From: Planctomycetota bacterium
GTDB taxonomy: Bacteria; Planctomycetota; B15-G4
DNA: 64,000 nucleotides
Direction: 5' to 3'
Assembly (NCBI GenBank): GCA_038212275.1
Contig: JBBQUR010000001.1
Coordinates: 128,001-192,000, forward strand
Shown: positions 8,401 to 16,649 of the stretch, in pieces
Layout: every line of letters begins with the position of its first letter
Numbering within the stretch: the first letter of the stretch is position 1
Made by a program: the position numbers and the translations under genes
The notes under the pieces: generated by a model
Seen by the model: only the letters and a program-made list of their open reading frames with translations
Database searches by the model: none
Told to the model about the DNA's origin: nothing

Positions 8401-10698
8401 CGCGGGCAGCTCGACGAGGCAGGGGCCGACCTCGCAGCCGCCCGCGGCAACCTCTCCGGACTCGACGGAACCGACTGGGCGGTGGAGGCCGACCTGCTGG
8501 ACGCTCGCCTCGCGCTCGCCGAGGAGAGATTTCCGGACGCGGCGGCCGCTGCCGGGCGTGCGAGAGAGCACTGCCTGCGCCGAGGGAAAACCAGCGAGGG
8601 ACTCGCTGCGCTGGACCTGCTCGCGCGTGCCGGAGCTGCGGATCTGGAGTCGGTGGATCCCGCCGCGCTCGACCGTGGCCCGTGGCTGGCCGACCTGCTC
8701 TTCACCCGCGCGGGCTTGCGCTCTGCGGCGGGCCGGCATCTGGAGGCCGACGCCGACATGGCTGTGGCGCTCACGATGCTCGGCGAGGCGCCCGACGGCC
8801 CGATCGAGGCCCGCGGGCTCGTGCACCGGGCGGAGGGCGACCTTGCGCAGCTGGCCGAGGAGCTCTGCCGCCCCGTGCCGGACTATGGCAAGGTGGGCAC
8901 CTGGCTGGCGCGCGCGTCGCGAGACCATGAGCGCGCCGCCGTCCTCGTGGAGCTTCTCGACCTTGCACCGCTGCGCGACAGGCTGGCCCGGTGCGGCGCG
9001 CGTCTCGCGGCCGCAGGAGAGGGCGAGGAGATGAGCGGCCTGTCGGTGCTCTCCGAACGGCTGCGCAATCTCGAGCGCCTGGCCGAGATCAACAAGGCAC
9101 TCAACACGGAGCGAGACACGCAACGGCTGCTCGAGCTCATCGTGGACAGTGCGATCGAGCTGACCGGGGCGGCGCGCGGGTTCCTCATCCTGTTCGACGG
9201 GCGCTCCGAAGAGTTCCGCGCTGCGCGCAACATCGACGAGAGCACGATCCACAACCCAGAATTCGAGGTCAGCCACTCGGTCGCACGGCGCGTCGCGAAG
9301 GAAGGGCGCGCCGTCATCACCGCGAATGCCATCGACGACCCGCGCTTCGGCAGCGCCGCGAGCATCTCGGAGCTGAAGCTGCTGTCGATCCTCTGCGTGC
9401 CGCTCGTCTCGCGTGACCGCACGCTGGGTGCGGTGTACCTCGATCATCCGCAGGTCGTCGGCCGCTTCGACGAGCACCACCTCGGCACGGTCACGGCGCT
9501 GGCCGAGCAGGCCGCCATCGCGCTGGAGAACGCGCGCCTGTCCGAAGGCCTGGCACGCACCAACCGGGACCTTCGTGAAAGCCGCGAGGAAATCACGCGG
9601 CTCAACGAGGCGCTGCAGTCGCGGCTGGTGCAGCGCGAGGCCGAACTCGAAGCCGTGCGCGAGTCGCTCGACGCGAGCCGCCGCGCGCTCGAGCTGCGCT
9701 ACGACTATTCCAACATCATCACCTGCAATCCGGGCATGCACGCCGTGATGGATCTGCTCGATCGCATCACCGACACGGACTTCCCCGTCCTCATCCAGGG
9801 CGAGAGCGGCACCGGCAAGGAGCTCATCGCCCGCGCCATCCACTTCAACGGGGCGCGGCGGACGATGAACTTCGTCTCGCTGAATTGCGCGGCGATCTCC
9901 GAGCAGCTCATCGAGAGTGAACTGTTCGGCCACGTTCGCGGCGCCTTCACCGGCGCCGACCGCGACCACAAGGGCCTCTTCGAGCAGGCGCACGGCGGCA
10001 CGCTCTTCCTGGACGAAATCGGCGACATGAGCGATGGCGTCCAGAAGCGCCTGCTGCGGGTGCTCCAGTCCGGGGAATTTCTCGCCGTGGGCGGACGCGA
10101 TGTGCGCAAGGTGGATGTCCGCGTCCTCTGCGCCACGCACCGCGACCTGAAAGTGCTCGTCGCCGAGCGGGAGTTCCGCGAGGACCTCTATTTCCGGCTG
10201 GCTGTGGTGAAGGTCCAGCTGCCGCCCCTGCGCGAGCGGAGCGAGGACATTCCGCTGCTGCTGGGGCACCTGCTGCAGCGCCACGGCGGGGGAACCCGCA
10301 CGATCGAACCGGAGGCCCAGGCTCTGCTCGCGGCACAGCCGTGGCCCGGCAACGTGCGGGAACTCGAGAATTTCTCGCGCAATCTCCTGCTGTTCGATCG
10401 GGAGGGCACGCGAGTCGGTGCGGCGCTGGTGCGGCGGCTGCTGTCGGGCGGCGGCGTCGATCCGATTCCGGCTGCGGTGGCCGCTCCCGGAGACGCCTCG
10501 CTGCCGATCCGGAGCCGGCTGGAAGCCTTCGAGAGAAGTCTTGTCGAGGAAGCGCTGGCGAAGTCCGGCGGCAACAAGGCCCAGGCCGCGCGGGAACTCG
10601 GCGTCGGCATCCGCACGCTCTACAAGATGCTGGAACGGCTCGGCTTCCAGGCGGCCGCTCCCGGCCGCAGCGGGGAGACGCCGCCGGGCGGCTCCTGA
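5500..10698 (+). CDS. Ser/Thr kinase-TPR-GAF-sigma54-dependent activator (AAA+, Fis HTH) fusion
   Basis: HRDLKDDN, DFG and APE kinase motifs; TPR-like repeats; GAF (LSILCVPL...GAVYLD); GESGTGKE, GAFTGA, LFLDEIG, WPGNVREL; GNKAQAARELG. GTG 5500 lies 7 nt after TATCTT. Confidence 0.9.
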   Translation: MERDVKPLRVAGYELGETLAQGAGGTVFMARDRHGRSVVWKRHEAGAGETSGLAEAQLLGLRHAGLAACLDAGRIAGDGRLYTVTEHVLGAAFGPDALDPTPVPAERALALCVRLLSALATVHERGLLHRDLKDDNVRLEAATDRPVILDFGLACLAAESARLPAAGTPRAMAPELFAGAPASVASDLWAAGLLLAEALLGRRLSRATEPEALLAERSAWSGFSDDDSRRIGEPALVALLGRLLDPHPERRPQDCRAALAALPQLPAALAAELAREHLDGRLSGALVAQDESRHARLAALARRESWVAAFPTPDSTLIDAVQTVIALMRDAAGSSPGLDARLARAAALDAPGVTDLCGLIEALASLAPLTLEMGLCRATAESLQARREVAKKLEVVPAVHVFDEPALTSDGAIDALRAAFGMHAVLEHRMRAAPPPTREALAQALGALLRSGVVGTWAGTLVVTETRLPPGWPAQAVSALPADLSQHARTVLALLCLSPRALSARDCQAVVGSSVEAALRELQLPGLIVRHRSDPADLHAPVDGRSARGWRALLPVPSGMRSRLALVMAESGRRDRHPEATAATHAAHAAHAAAATHATERKGLHDAEPARASDADAGGLFDEEAAAAVAEVLGSEAPATHDADELTQVILESAETLRRVGRVSLAAELLRRGLSGCDLGSRRLRALWLGLLDALIRLQFFDQALAALAEARAQLADDPALDVREARTHFLRGQVPESLALLDRLEVGAMPRDDALLALLLRSQARQTAGRLPEALTDVREGLRRAGEPGDRHTMALLERAAVIEARLGHFDEAVRLYESCIALARKLGRGLLVGSPMFNLGRALVARGERRRGLAVQEDGARQLALAGDQANLAMALNSLGAEWISLGRLDTARRHLARSLEIARSLPALGVAAMALNNTGRALAAEGRHDEAEAAFAESLRIRVARGDRVGQAAVAIMRGFVRCQRGQLDEAGADLAAARGNLSGLDGTDWAVEADLLDARLALAEERFPDAAAAAGRAREHCLRRGKTSEGLAALDLLARAGAADLESVDPAALDRGPWLADLLFTRAGLRSAAGRHLEADADMAVALTMLGEAPDGPIEARGLVHRAEGDLAQLAEELCRPVPDYGKVGTWLARASRDHERAAVLVELLDLAPLRDRLARCGARLAAAGEGEEMSGLSVLSERLRNLERLAEINKALNTERDTQRLLELIVDSAIELTGAARGFLILFDGRSEEFRAARNIDESTIHNPEFEVSHSVARRVAKEGRAVITANAIDDPRFGSAASISELKLLSILCVPLVSRDRTLGAVYLDHPQVVGRFDEHHLGTVTALAEQAAIALENARLSEGLARTNRDLRESREEITRLNEALQSRLVQREAELEAVRESLDASRRALELRYDYSNIITCNPGMHAVMDLLDRITDTDFPVLIQGESGTGKELIARAIHFNGARRTMNFVSLNCAAISEQLIESELFGHVRGAFTGADRDHKGLFEQAHGGTLFLDEIGDMSDGVQKRLLRVLQSGEFLAVGGRDVRKVDVRVLCATHRDLKVLVAEREFREDLYFRLAVVKVQLPPLRERSEDIPLLLGHLLQRHGGGTRTIEPEAQALLAAQPWPGNVRELENFSRNLLLFDREGTRVGAALVRRLLSGGGVDPIPAAVAAPGDASLPIRSRLEAFERSLVEEALAKSGGNKAQAARELGVGIRTLYKMLERLGFQAAAPGRSGETPPGGS

Positions 10699-10801
10699 TC
10701 CGCGTCAGGATGGACTATACTTCGACCGCAGGTAGCTCACCCCGACTCTCAGCCCCCTGCCGCGTGTTGCTCCCCGCCTCTCCCCGCAGGTCTCACCTCC
10801 C

Positions 10802-11506
10802 ATGATGTTCCCGCGCACCAGAGCTCCGCGTCGCGCGTTTGCCTGCGTGGCCTTGCTGTGCATGGCAATTCCCGCAGCGGCCTACCTCCAGCGTGTCTCG
10901 ACCTACTTCGGCGCGAGCTTCAACGTGTCGAGTGCGCCGGGTTCGAACCTGCTCCCCGCGGAAGTCGGGCAGTTCAGCGTGACCTCCGTGCCGTCCGAGT
11001 TCTCCGTGGCTCCGGGCAAGGGGGGGGGCGAACTCAAGATCGACGACAACGGCACAACCGTTGCCGCGACTCTCGAAGCGCTTTTCAAGAAAACGTTCGC
11101 CGGTCCTGAACTCAACGTCGAGTGGACGGTCCGGGCGTCCCAGATCGATGCGCGCCTCGTCGTGTCGGTGCAGGACGCGGGTGATACGGGCCTCATCGAC
11201 TGCGGCATGGATGACGACGGCTCCGTGGACGTGGACGGCCTCGACACCGGCTTCGTCTACCAGCCGGATGTGGACTACGAGATGCACTTGAACCTCAAGG
11301 CACCGCTGCTCGGATCCGGCAAGTGGACGCTCGACATCGAGTCCGGCGACCAGCTCGTGTCCCACTCGAGCGGGCCGTTCAATCCGCCTTTCAACTTCAA
11401 GGCCAAGTCGCTGACCATCACCCGTCCGCCCAACGATCACGCCGGCAAGTTCCACGTCGACGACATCCTCGTCTGGGCCTACCTGCCGAACGCCGCGTCG
11501 TTCTGA
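10802..11506 (+). CDS. Secreted beta-rich hypothetical protein
   Basis: Signal peptide (…CMAIPAAA), host-like codon usage, TATACT -10 box at 10715-10720. No family recognised. Confidence 0.7.
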   Translation: MMFPRTRAPRRAFACVALLCMAIPAAAYLQRVSTYFGASFNVSSAPGSNLLPAEVGQFSVTSVPSEFSVAPGKGGGELKIDDNGTTVAATLEALFKKTFAGPELNVEWTVRASQIDARLVVSVQDAGDTGLIDCGMDDDGSVDVDGLDTGFVYQPDVDYEMHLNLKAPLLGSGKWTLDIESGDQLVSHSSGPFNPPFNFKAKSLTITRPPNDHAGKFHVDDILVWAYLPNAASF

Positions 11507-11519
11507 CGACGATCCTGCG

Positions 11520-12191
11520 ATGCGGGTGTTGATCACGGCGGGTGGAACGCGTGAGGCGATCGACTCGGCGCGCGTGATCGCCAACACGAGCACGGGACGT
11601 CTCGGGGCCGTGCTGGCCGAGACCGCCGCTGCTGCGGGCCACGACGTCGTGGTGCTGGCCGGCTTTCACGCGGCCAGACCGCGGGGCGTGCGCTGCGTCA
11701 CCTTCGACAGTTCGGCGGATCTCGCGCGGCTGCTGCGGGAACACGTTCCGCTTGCGGAGATCGTCATTCACGCGGCCGCGGTGTCGGACTACGTGCCCGT
11801 GAAGGCGCCGGGCAAGCTCTCGTCGGATGCGCCCGAGCTCGTGCTGCGCCTGACGCGGGCGCCCAAGCTCATCGACGGCCTGCGCAACCTGCTGCCCTCG
11901 GGACTGCTCGTGGGCTTCAAGCTCACCGCAGGCCTCGCGGAGGCGCAGCAGGTCGACGTGGCGGAGGCGCTGCGGTTGCGGGCGCGGCTCGACCTCGTCG
12001 TGGTCAACGACGCGGGGGCGACCGGCGAGGACGACCACGTCGCGCTTTTCGTGCACGGGGGCGCCGTGCACGCGCGCTGTCGTGGCAAGGCCGATATCGC
12101 GCGCCAGCTGGTCGAGTGGATGGTGGTGCCCGCCGGCCGCCACGCGCTCGGGCCGGAAGGCTCGTCGGCATGCGGGGCGGAGGGCACGTGA
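11520..12191 (+). CDS. coaB: Phosphopantothenate--cysteine ligase (stand-alone CoaB)
   Basis: Motifs VLITAGGTREAID..R.IAN.STG..G, AAAVSDY, VGFKL, VVND. Confidence 0.88.
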   Translation: MRVLITAGGTREAIDSARVIANTSTGRLGAVLAETAAAAGHDVVVLAGFHAARPRGVRCVTFDSSADLARLLREHVPLAEIVIHAAAVSDYVPVKAPGKLSSDAPELVLRLTRAPKLIDGLRNLLPSGLLVGFKLTAGLAEAQQVDVAEALRLRARLDLVVVNDAGATGEDDHVALFVHGGAVHARCRGKADIARQLVEWMVVPAGRHALGPEGSSACGAEGT

Positions 12192-12742
12192 ACGTCCTGC
12201 TCGGAGTCACCGGCGGCATTGCGGTTTACAAGGCCTGCGAATTGGTGCGGCGGCTGCGCGACGGCGGGCATGAGGTTCAGGTCGTCATGACCGATGCCGC
12301 CACGCGCTTCGTGACGCCGCTCACCTTCGAGACGCTGTCGGGGCGCGCCGTCGCCACGTCGCTCTGGGGCGGGGCCGACCCGTCCATCGAGCACATCCGA
12401 CTGGCGCGCTGGCCCGACGTGATCGCCATCGCGCCCGCCACTGCCAACACCATCGGGCGTCTGGCGCACGGTCTGGCCGACGACCTGCTCACGACGGTCG
12501 TGCTCGCCTCGCTGCCGGCCGTGCCGGTGGTGATCGCCCCGGCGATGAACACCGCCATGTGGGACAACCCGCTCGTGCAGCGGAATCTCGCCGTCCTCGC
12601 GGACGTGGACGGAGGGCGCCGCTACCGCTTCGTGGCGCCTGCCGAGAAGCAGCTCGCGTGCGGCGAGATCGGCGTGGGAGCACTGGCCCACGAGGCGGAG
12701 ATCCTCGCGGCCATCGCAGTGTCAGTGCTGCCGGAGCGCTGA
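12188..12742 (+). CDS. coaC: Phosphopantothenoylcysteine decarboxylase (stand-alone CoaC)
   Basis: Motifs GVTGGIAVYK, EHIRLA, APATAN, PAMNTAMW, LACGEIG. GTGA overlap with coaB. Confidence 0.9.
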   Translation: MNVLLGVTGGIAVYKACELVRRLRDGGHEVQVVMTDAATRFVTPLTFETLSGRAVATSLWGGADPSIEHIRLARWPDVIAIAPATANTIGRLAHGLADDLLTTVVLASLPAVPVVIAPAMNTAMWDNPLVQRNLAVLADVDGGRRYRFVAPAEKQLACGEIGVGALAHEAEILAAIAVSVLPER

Positions 12743-12765
12743 AGAACACGGCGTTTTCCGCGCTG

Positions 12766-12916
12766 CTCAAGCTGAGGCTGGGCGATGTCGACAGGAGGGC
12801 CGCGCCGACGCGAGGGGTCGGTGCGAGCATCTCTCCTGACGTGCGATCGGGCCGCCCTCGAAGAAGCAGCAACCAGGAAGCATCACCCAGTGTCCACGGC
12901 CTGATCGCACCTTGAG
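12766..12916. ncRNA. Candidate structured RNA or palindromic element, family unknown
   Basis: Five complementary segment pairs in a ~285-bp intergenic gap (see findings). Confidence 0.4.
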
Positions 12917-13027
12917 GGAGCGCGCGTCGAAAAAGTGCGCTGACGGAGACGGGAGATCCTCGGCCACGATCGCTACGATGTCGGCGCCGGTGGAGATGGT
13001 CTCCGCGCGGCCAGCACTGGAGTTCGC

Positions 13028-14129
13028 ATGGCCCTCGACGACGTTCACGCCCGCAGCCTCGACATCCGCCGCCGCCTGAACCAGATCAAGGAGTCTCTTT
13101 GACTTCGCGACGCTCTCCAAGCGACGCGGAGAAATCGAGGCAGCGATGGGCGCGGACGGGTTCTGGGCCAACCAGGAATCCGCCCAGACGGTCGTAGGCG
13201 AACTCAAGCGGGTCAAGCTCAAGCTCGACCCGATGGCGAAGCTCGGGGCTCGGCTCGACGACCTCGAACTGCTCACCCAGCTCGTCGAGGAAGATCCGTC
13301 TCCCGGCAACGCGGCGGAGCTGCGCGCGCAGGTCGAATCGGTGGACGACGAGCTGAAACAGCTCGAATTCCAGGTGATGCTCGACGGCGAATACGACATG
13401 CGCAACGCCTACCTCTCGGTGCAGGCCGGCGCCGGCGGCACCGAGTCCTGCGACTGGGCCGCGATGCTGCTGCGCATGTATGCACGCTGGGCCGAGCGAT
13501 CCGGTTACACCATCGAGGTCATCGACCGGCAGGACGGCGAGGAAGCCGGCATCAAGTCTGCCACCGTGCTCGTGAAGGGTGACTGGGCTTACGGCTACCT
13601 GCGCGCGGAGGCCGGCACGCATCGCCTCGTCCGGCTCTCGCCCTTCGACAGTCAGAATCGGCGCCAGACATCGTTTGCGGGCGTGGACGTCTCGCCCGAG
13701 ATGGACGACGCGGAAGGCATGGAGATCCGCTCCGAGGACCTGCGCGTGGACACCTACCGCAGCGGCGGCGCGGGCGGGCAGCACGTCAACAAGACCGACT
13801 CGGCCATCCGGCTCACGCACCTGCCCACCGGGCTCGTCGTCTCGTGCCAGAGCGAGCGCAGCCAGCACAAGAACCGCGCGACCGCGATGAAGATGCTGGC
13901 CGCCAAGCTCTTCGCGCGCGCCGAGGCCGAGCGCGAGGCCGAACTTGCCGGACTCGCCGGCGAGAAGGGCGACATCGGCTGGGGCCACCAGATCCGCAGC
14001 TACGTGCTGCATCCCTATCAGATGGTGAAGGATCACCGGACGGACCACGAGACCGGCAACACCGCGGCCGTGCTCGATGGCGACATCCAGTCCTTCATCG
14101 AAACCCACCTGAGAAGCCGGCGCCGCTAG
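13028..14129 (+). CDS. prfB: Peptide chain release factor 2 (programmed +1 frameshift)
   Basis: ATG 13028, 24 codons to AAGGAG-TCT-CTT-TGA-C; the +1 frame joins ORF 13146..14129 with SPF and GGQ motifs. Confidence 0.97.
13088..13103 (+). promoter_or_regulatory. prfB +1 ribosomal frameshift signal
   Basis: Internal Shine-Dalgarno (SD) sequence AAGGAG at 13088-13093, followed by CTT TGA C at 13097-13103. Confidence 0.95.
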
Positions 14130-14153
14130 CGGCGCCGCGGAAGGACAGACAGT

Positions 14154-15719
14154 TTGCAGAGGCGTGCACTCATTTCGGTGACGGACAAGTCGGGCGTCGT
14201 GGAGTTCGCACGGAGCCTCGTGCAGCGCGACTTCGAGGTGCTCTCCACGGGCGGCACGGCCGCGACGCTGCGCACGGCGGGCCTGCCGGTCACGGACGTC
14301 GCGCAGGTCACGGGCTTCCCAGAAATGCTGGACGGGCGCGTCAAGACGCTGCACCCGGCGGTGCACGGCGGCCTGCTCGCACTGCGCGACAATCCGGGCC
14401 ACCAGTCCGCGCTCGAACAGCACGGCATCGCCAACATCGACGTGGTCGCCGTGAATCTGTACGCGTTCCGTGAGGCTGCCGCGCGCATCGGAGCCACGGA
14501 CGAGCACATCATCGAGCAGATCGACATCGGCGGGCCGAGCATGATCCGCTCCGCCGCGAAGAACCACCGCTTCGTGTGGGTGGTCACGGACCCGCGCGAC
14601 TACGACGCCGTGATCTCGGGCCTCGACGCGTCCGAAGAGGATGCCGGCGCGGGCATCGCGCTGCGTCGCCGCCTCGCGGCCACCGCTTTTCGCGCGACGG
14701 CCGCCTATGACGCGGCCATCTGCGGCTGGTTCGGGACGCGGCTCGGCGACGTGCTGCCGCCCGTGCTCGTGCTGGAGGCCGGCGCGGCGCAGCCATTGCG
14801 CTACGGCGAGAATCCGCAGCAGCGGGCAGCCTTCTACGTGCGGCCCGGCTTCAAGGAATCCAGCATCTCCGGTGTCCGGCAGCTGGCTGGCAAGGAGCTC
14901 TCCTACAACAACATCATGGATGCGGATGCGGCGCTGGAGCTGGTCAAGGAGTTTTCCGAGCCTGCCGCTGCAGTCATCAAGCACGCCAATCCCTGCGGTT
15001 GCGGCACGGGCGAGTCGCTCGGCGAAGCCTTCGCACGGGCGATGACCGGCGATCCGCAGTCGGCCTTCGGCGGGATCATCGCACTCAACGGCGAGGTCGA
15101 CGCAGCGCTGGCGGAAGCCATCGCGCAGCCGGATACCTTCCTCGAGGTCATCGTGGCTCCCGACTTCCGGCCCGAGGCCGTGGAGATTCTCACCACGCGC
15201 TGCAAGTGGGGGAAGAACGTCCGGCTGCTCGCGTGCGGGCCGCTCTCCTCGCAGCGTGACCGCAGCGATCTCGCAGTGCGCAAGGTCGTCGGCGGCTACC
15301 TCGTGCAGGAGCGCGACCTCGGCTTCGAGCAGGAGCAGCGCACCGTCGTGAGCAGTCGCCAGCCGACGCCGCGCGAGCTGGCCGATCTCGAGTTCGCCTG
15401 GCGTGTCTGCAAGCACGTCAAGAGCAACGCGATCGTCATCGCTGCAGATCGCGCGCTGGTCGGCGCGGGCGCAGGCCAGATGAGCCGCGTGGACAGCGTG
15501 TTCATGGCGGGGCACAAGGCCGGCGCCCGGGCGCAGGGTGCCGTCCTCGCGAGTGACGCCTTCTTCCCGTTCCGCGATTCCGTGGATGCCGCCGCCGCCA
15601 TGGGCATCACGGCGATCATCCAGCCGGGCGGCTCCATCAAGGACAAGGATTCGATCGCGGCGGCGGACCAGCACGGTCTCGCACTGATCTTCACGGGAGT
15701 CCGTCACTTCCGCCACTGA
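14154..15719 (+). CDS. purH: Bifunctional AICAR transformylase/IMP cyclohydrolase
   Basis: Motifs RALISVTDK, STGGT, GRVKTLHP, IDIGGP, LRYGENP, KHANPCG, SDAFFPF, RHFRH. TTG start. Confidence 0.97.
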   Translation: MQRRALISVTDKSGVVEFARSLVQRDFEVLSTGGTAATLRTAGLPVTDVAQVTGFPEMLDGRVKTLHPAVHGGLLALRDNPGHQSALEQHGIANIDVVAVNLYAFREAAARIGATDEHIIEQIDIGGPSMIRSAAKNHRFVWVVTDPRDYDAVISGLDASEEDAGAGIALRRRLAATAFRATAAYDAAICGWFGTRLGDVLPPVLVLEAGAAQPLRYGENPQQRAAFYVRPGFKESSISGVRQLAGKELSYNNIMDADAALELVKEFSEPAAAVIKHANPCGCGTGESLGEAFARAMTGDPQSAFGGIIALNGEVDAALAEAIAQPDTFLEVIVAPDFRPEAVEILTTRCKWGKNVRLLACGPLSSQRDRSDLAVRKVVGGYLVQERDLGFEQEQRTVVSSRQPTPRELADLEFAWRVCKHVKSNAIVIAADRALVGAGAGQMSRVDSVFMAGHKAGARAQGAVLASDAFFPFRDSVDAAAAMGITAIIQPGGSIKDKDSIAAADQHGLALIFTGVRHFRH

Positions 15720-15800
15720 CCATGGGCTCGGCACCGGATCGCGGTCCCCGCAGAATCGCCGGTGCGACGGCAAAGCACGGAGCGCGGGCCGTCCCATCCC

Positions 15801-15900
15801 GGGAACTCCTGGGCAGCCGCGGGCAGCGGCGGCAGTCTCGGGGAGTCTCGGGGACTCTCGGGAAGTCGCTGGAATGCCCCGGCCGTCGCTGGAGAGCCGC
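15801..15900. repeat. Degenerate 10-bp tandem array (about 10 units)
   Basis: gggaactcct gggcagccgc gggcagcggc ggcagtctcg gggagtctcg gggactctcg ggaagtcgct ggaatgcccc ggccgtcgct ggagagccgc. Confidence 0.6.
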
Positions 15901-16027
15901 CAACCGCTGTCGCGCCCGATTCGGGGTGGGGCGCTCCCGTCAGGGAGGGGCCGGGAGGCGTAGGCTGCCCGGCGATTGGCGGGGACACCCTGACGGAACC
16001 GAGGAGTGCCTGCATCCTGTGAAGGCA

Positions 16028-16642
16028 ATGACTGGCGAGGCAACTGACGACGGCAGCTCCGACGCGGGGCCCCTGCCAGCACTCGCGCTGGACGCCCTGT
16101 GGCGTGAGCACCGGCGCTGGGTGGCGGCCATCCTGCTGGCCTACATGCCGCGGGAGGCCGAGCTGGATGACCTGCTCCAGGAGGTGGCCGTGATCTTCGT
16201 CTCCCGCATCGGCGAACTGCGCGATCGAGGTGCGCTGCGCCCGTGGCTGCGCACCATCGCGATCAACGCGGCTCGCATGGACGCCCGCGCGCGCCGCGCG
16301 CGCCGCGTGCACCTGCGTCCGCTCGAGGATCAGGATGGCGAGATGGCGCTGGCCGACCCGTCGGCCGAGCACGAACAACTCGCCTCGGACACGCGCGCCG
16401 AAGCCGAGGCCGTCATGCGCCTCGCGCGTGCGCTTCCCGAGGACTACCGCGAGCCGCTGCTGCTGCGCAGCGTCCAGGGGCTCACCCAGAAGCAGATCTC
16501 CGTCACGCTCGGTCTGCCGGAGACCACGATCGAAACGCGACTGGCCCGTGCGCGCCGCATGCTGCGCCAGCAGGTCGATGAAATGCACACCCCGCGCTCC
16601 GGCTGGCCGGAGCGCTCAGCCGCTCGAGTCGCGGCGCCGTGA
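16028..16642 (+). CDS. ECF sigma factor (ECF-1)
   Basis: Region 2 DDLLQEV...LRPWLRTIAIN; region 4 LPEDYREPLLL...GLTQKQISVTLGLPETTIETRLARAR. Confidence 0.9.
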   Translation: MTGEATDDGSSDAGPLPALALDALWREHRRWVAAILLAYMPREAELDDLLQEVAVIFVSRIGELRDRGALRPWLRTIAINAARMDARARRARRVHLRPLEDQDGEMALADPSAEHEQLASDTRAEAEAVMRLARALPEDYREPLLLRSVQGLTQKQISVTLGLPETTIETRLARARRMLRQQVDEMHTPRSGWPERSAARVAAP

Positions 16643-16649
16643 GGACACC

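Noticed and set aside
10699..10801. sigma54 -24/-12 promoter downstream of the activator
   Set aside because: TTGC is present but there is no GG at the -24 position; a TATACT sigma70-type box is present instead.
12743..13027. SRP RNA, 6S RNA or ZTP riboswitch
   Set aside because: GAAGCAGC is present but the SRP helix context is not; the fold is not a single 6S-like rod; ZTP consensus segments are absent and prfB separates the region from purH.
15995..16020. GGAACC as an ECF-1 -35 box
   Set aside because: No convincing -10 at canonical spacing and no second copy to support it; left uncalled.
13086..16082. 998-aa antisense ORF and similar long shadow ORFs (e.g. 7711..10284, 40260..42308, 52785..54932, 60366..62696)
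   Set aside because: They lie opposite clearly recognisable genes, carry no motifs, and are expected from GC-rich codon bias.
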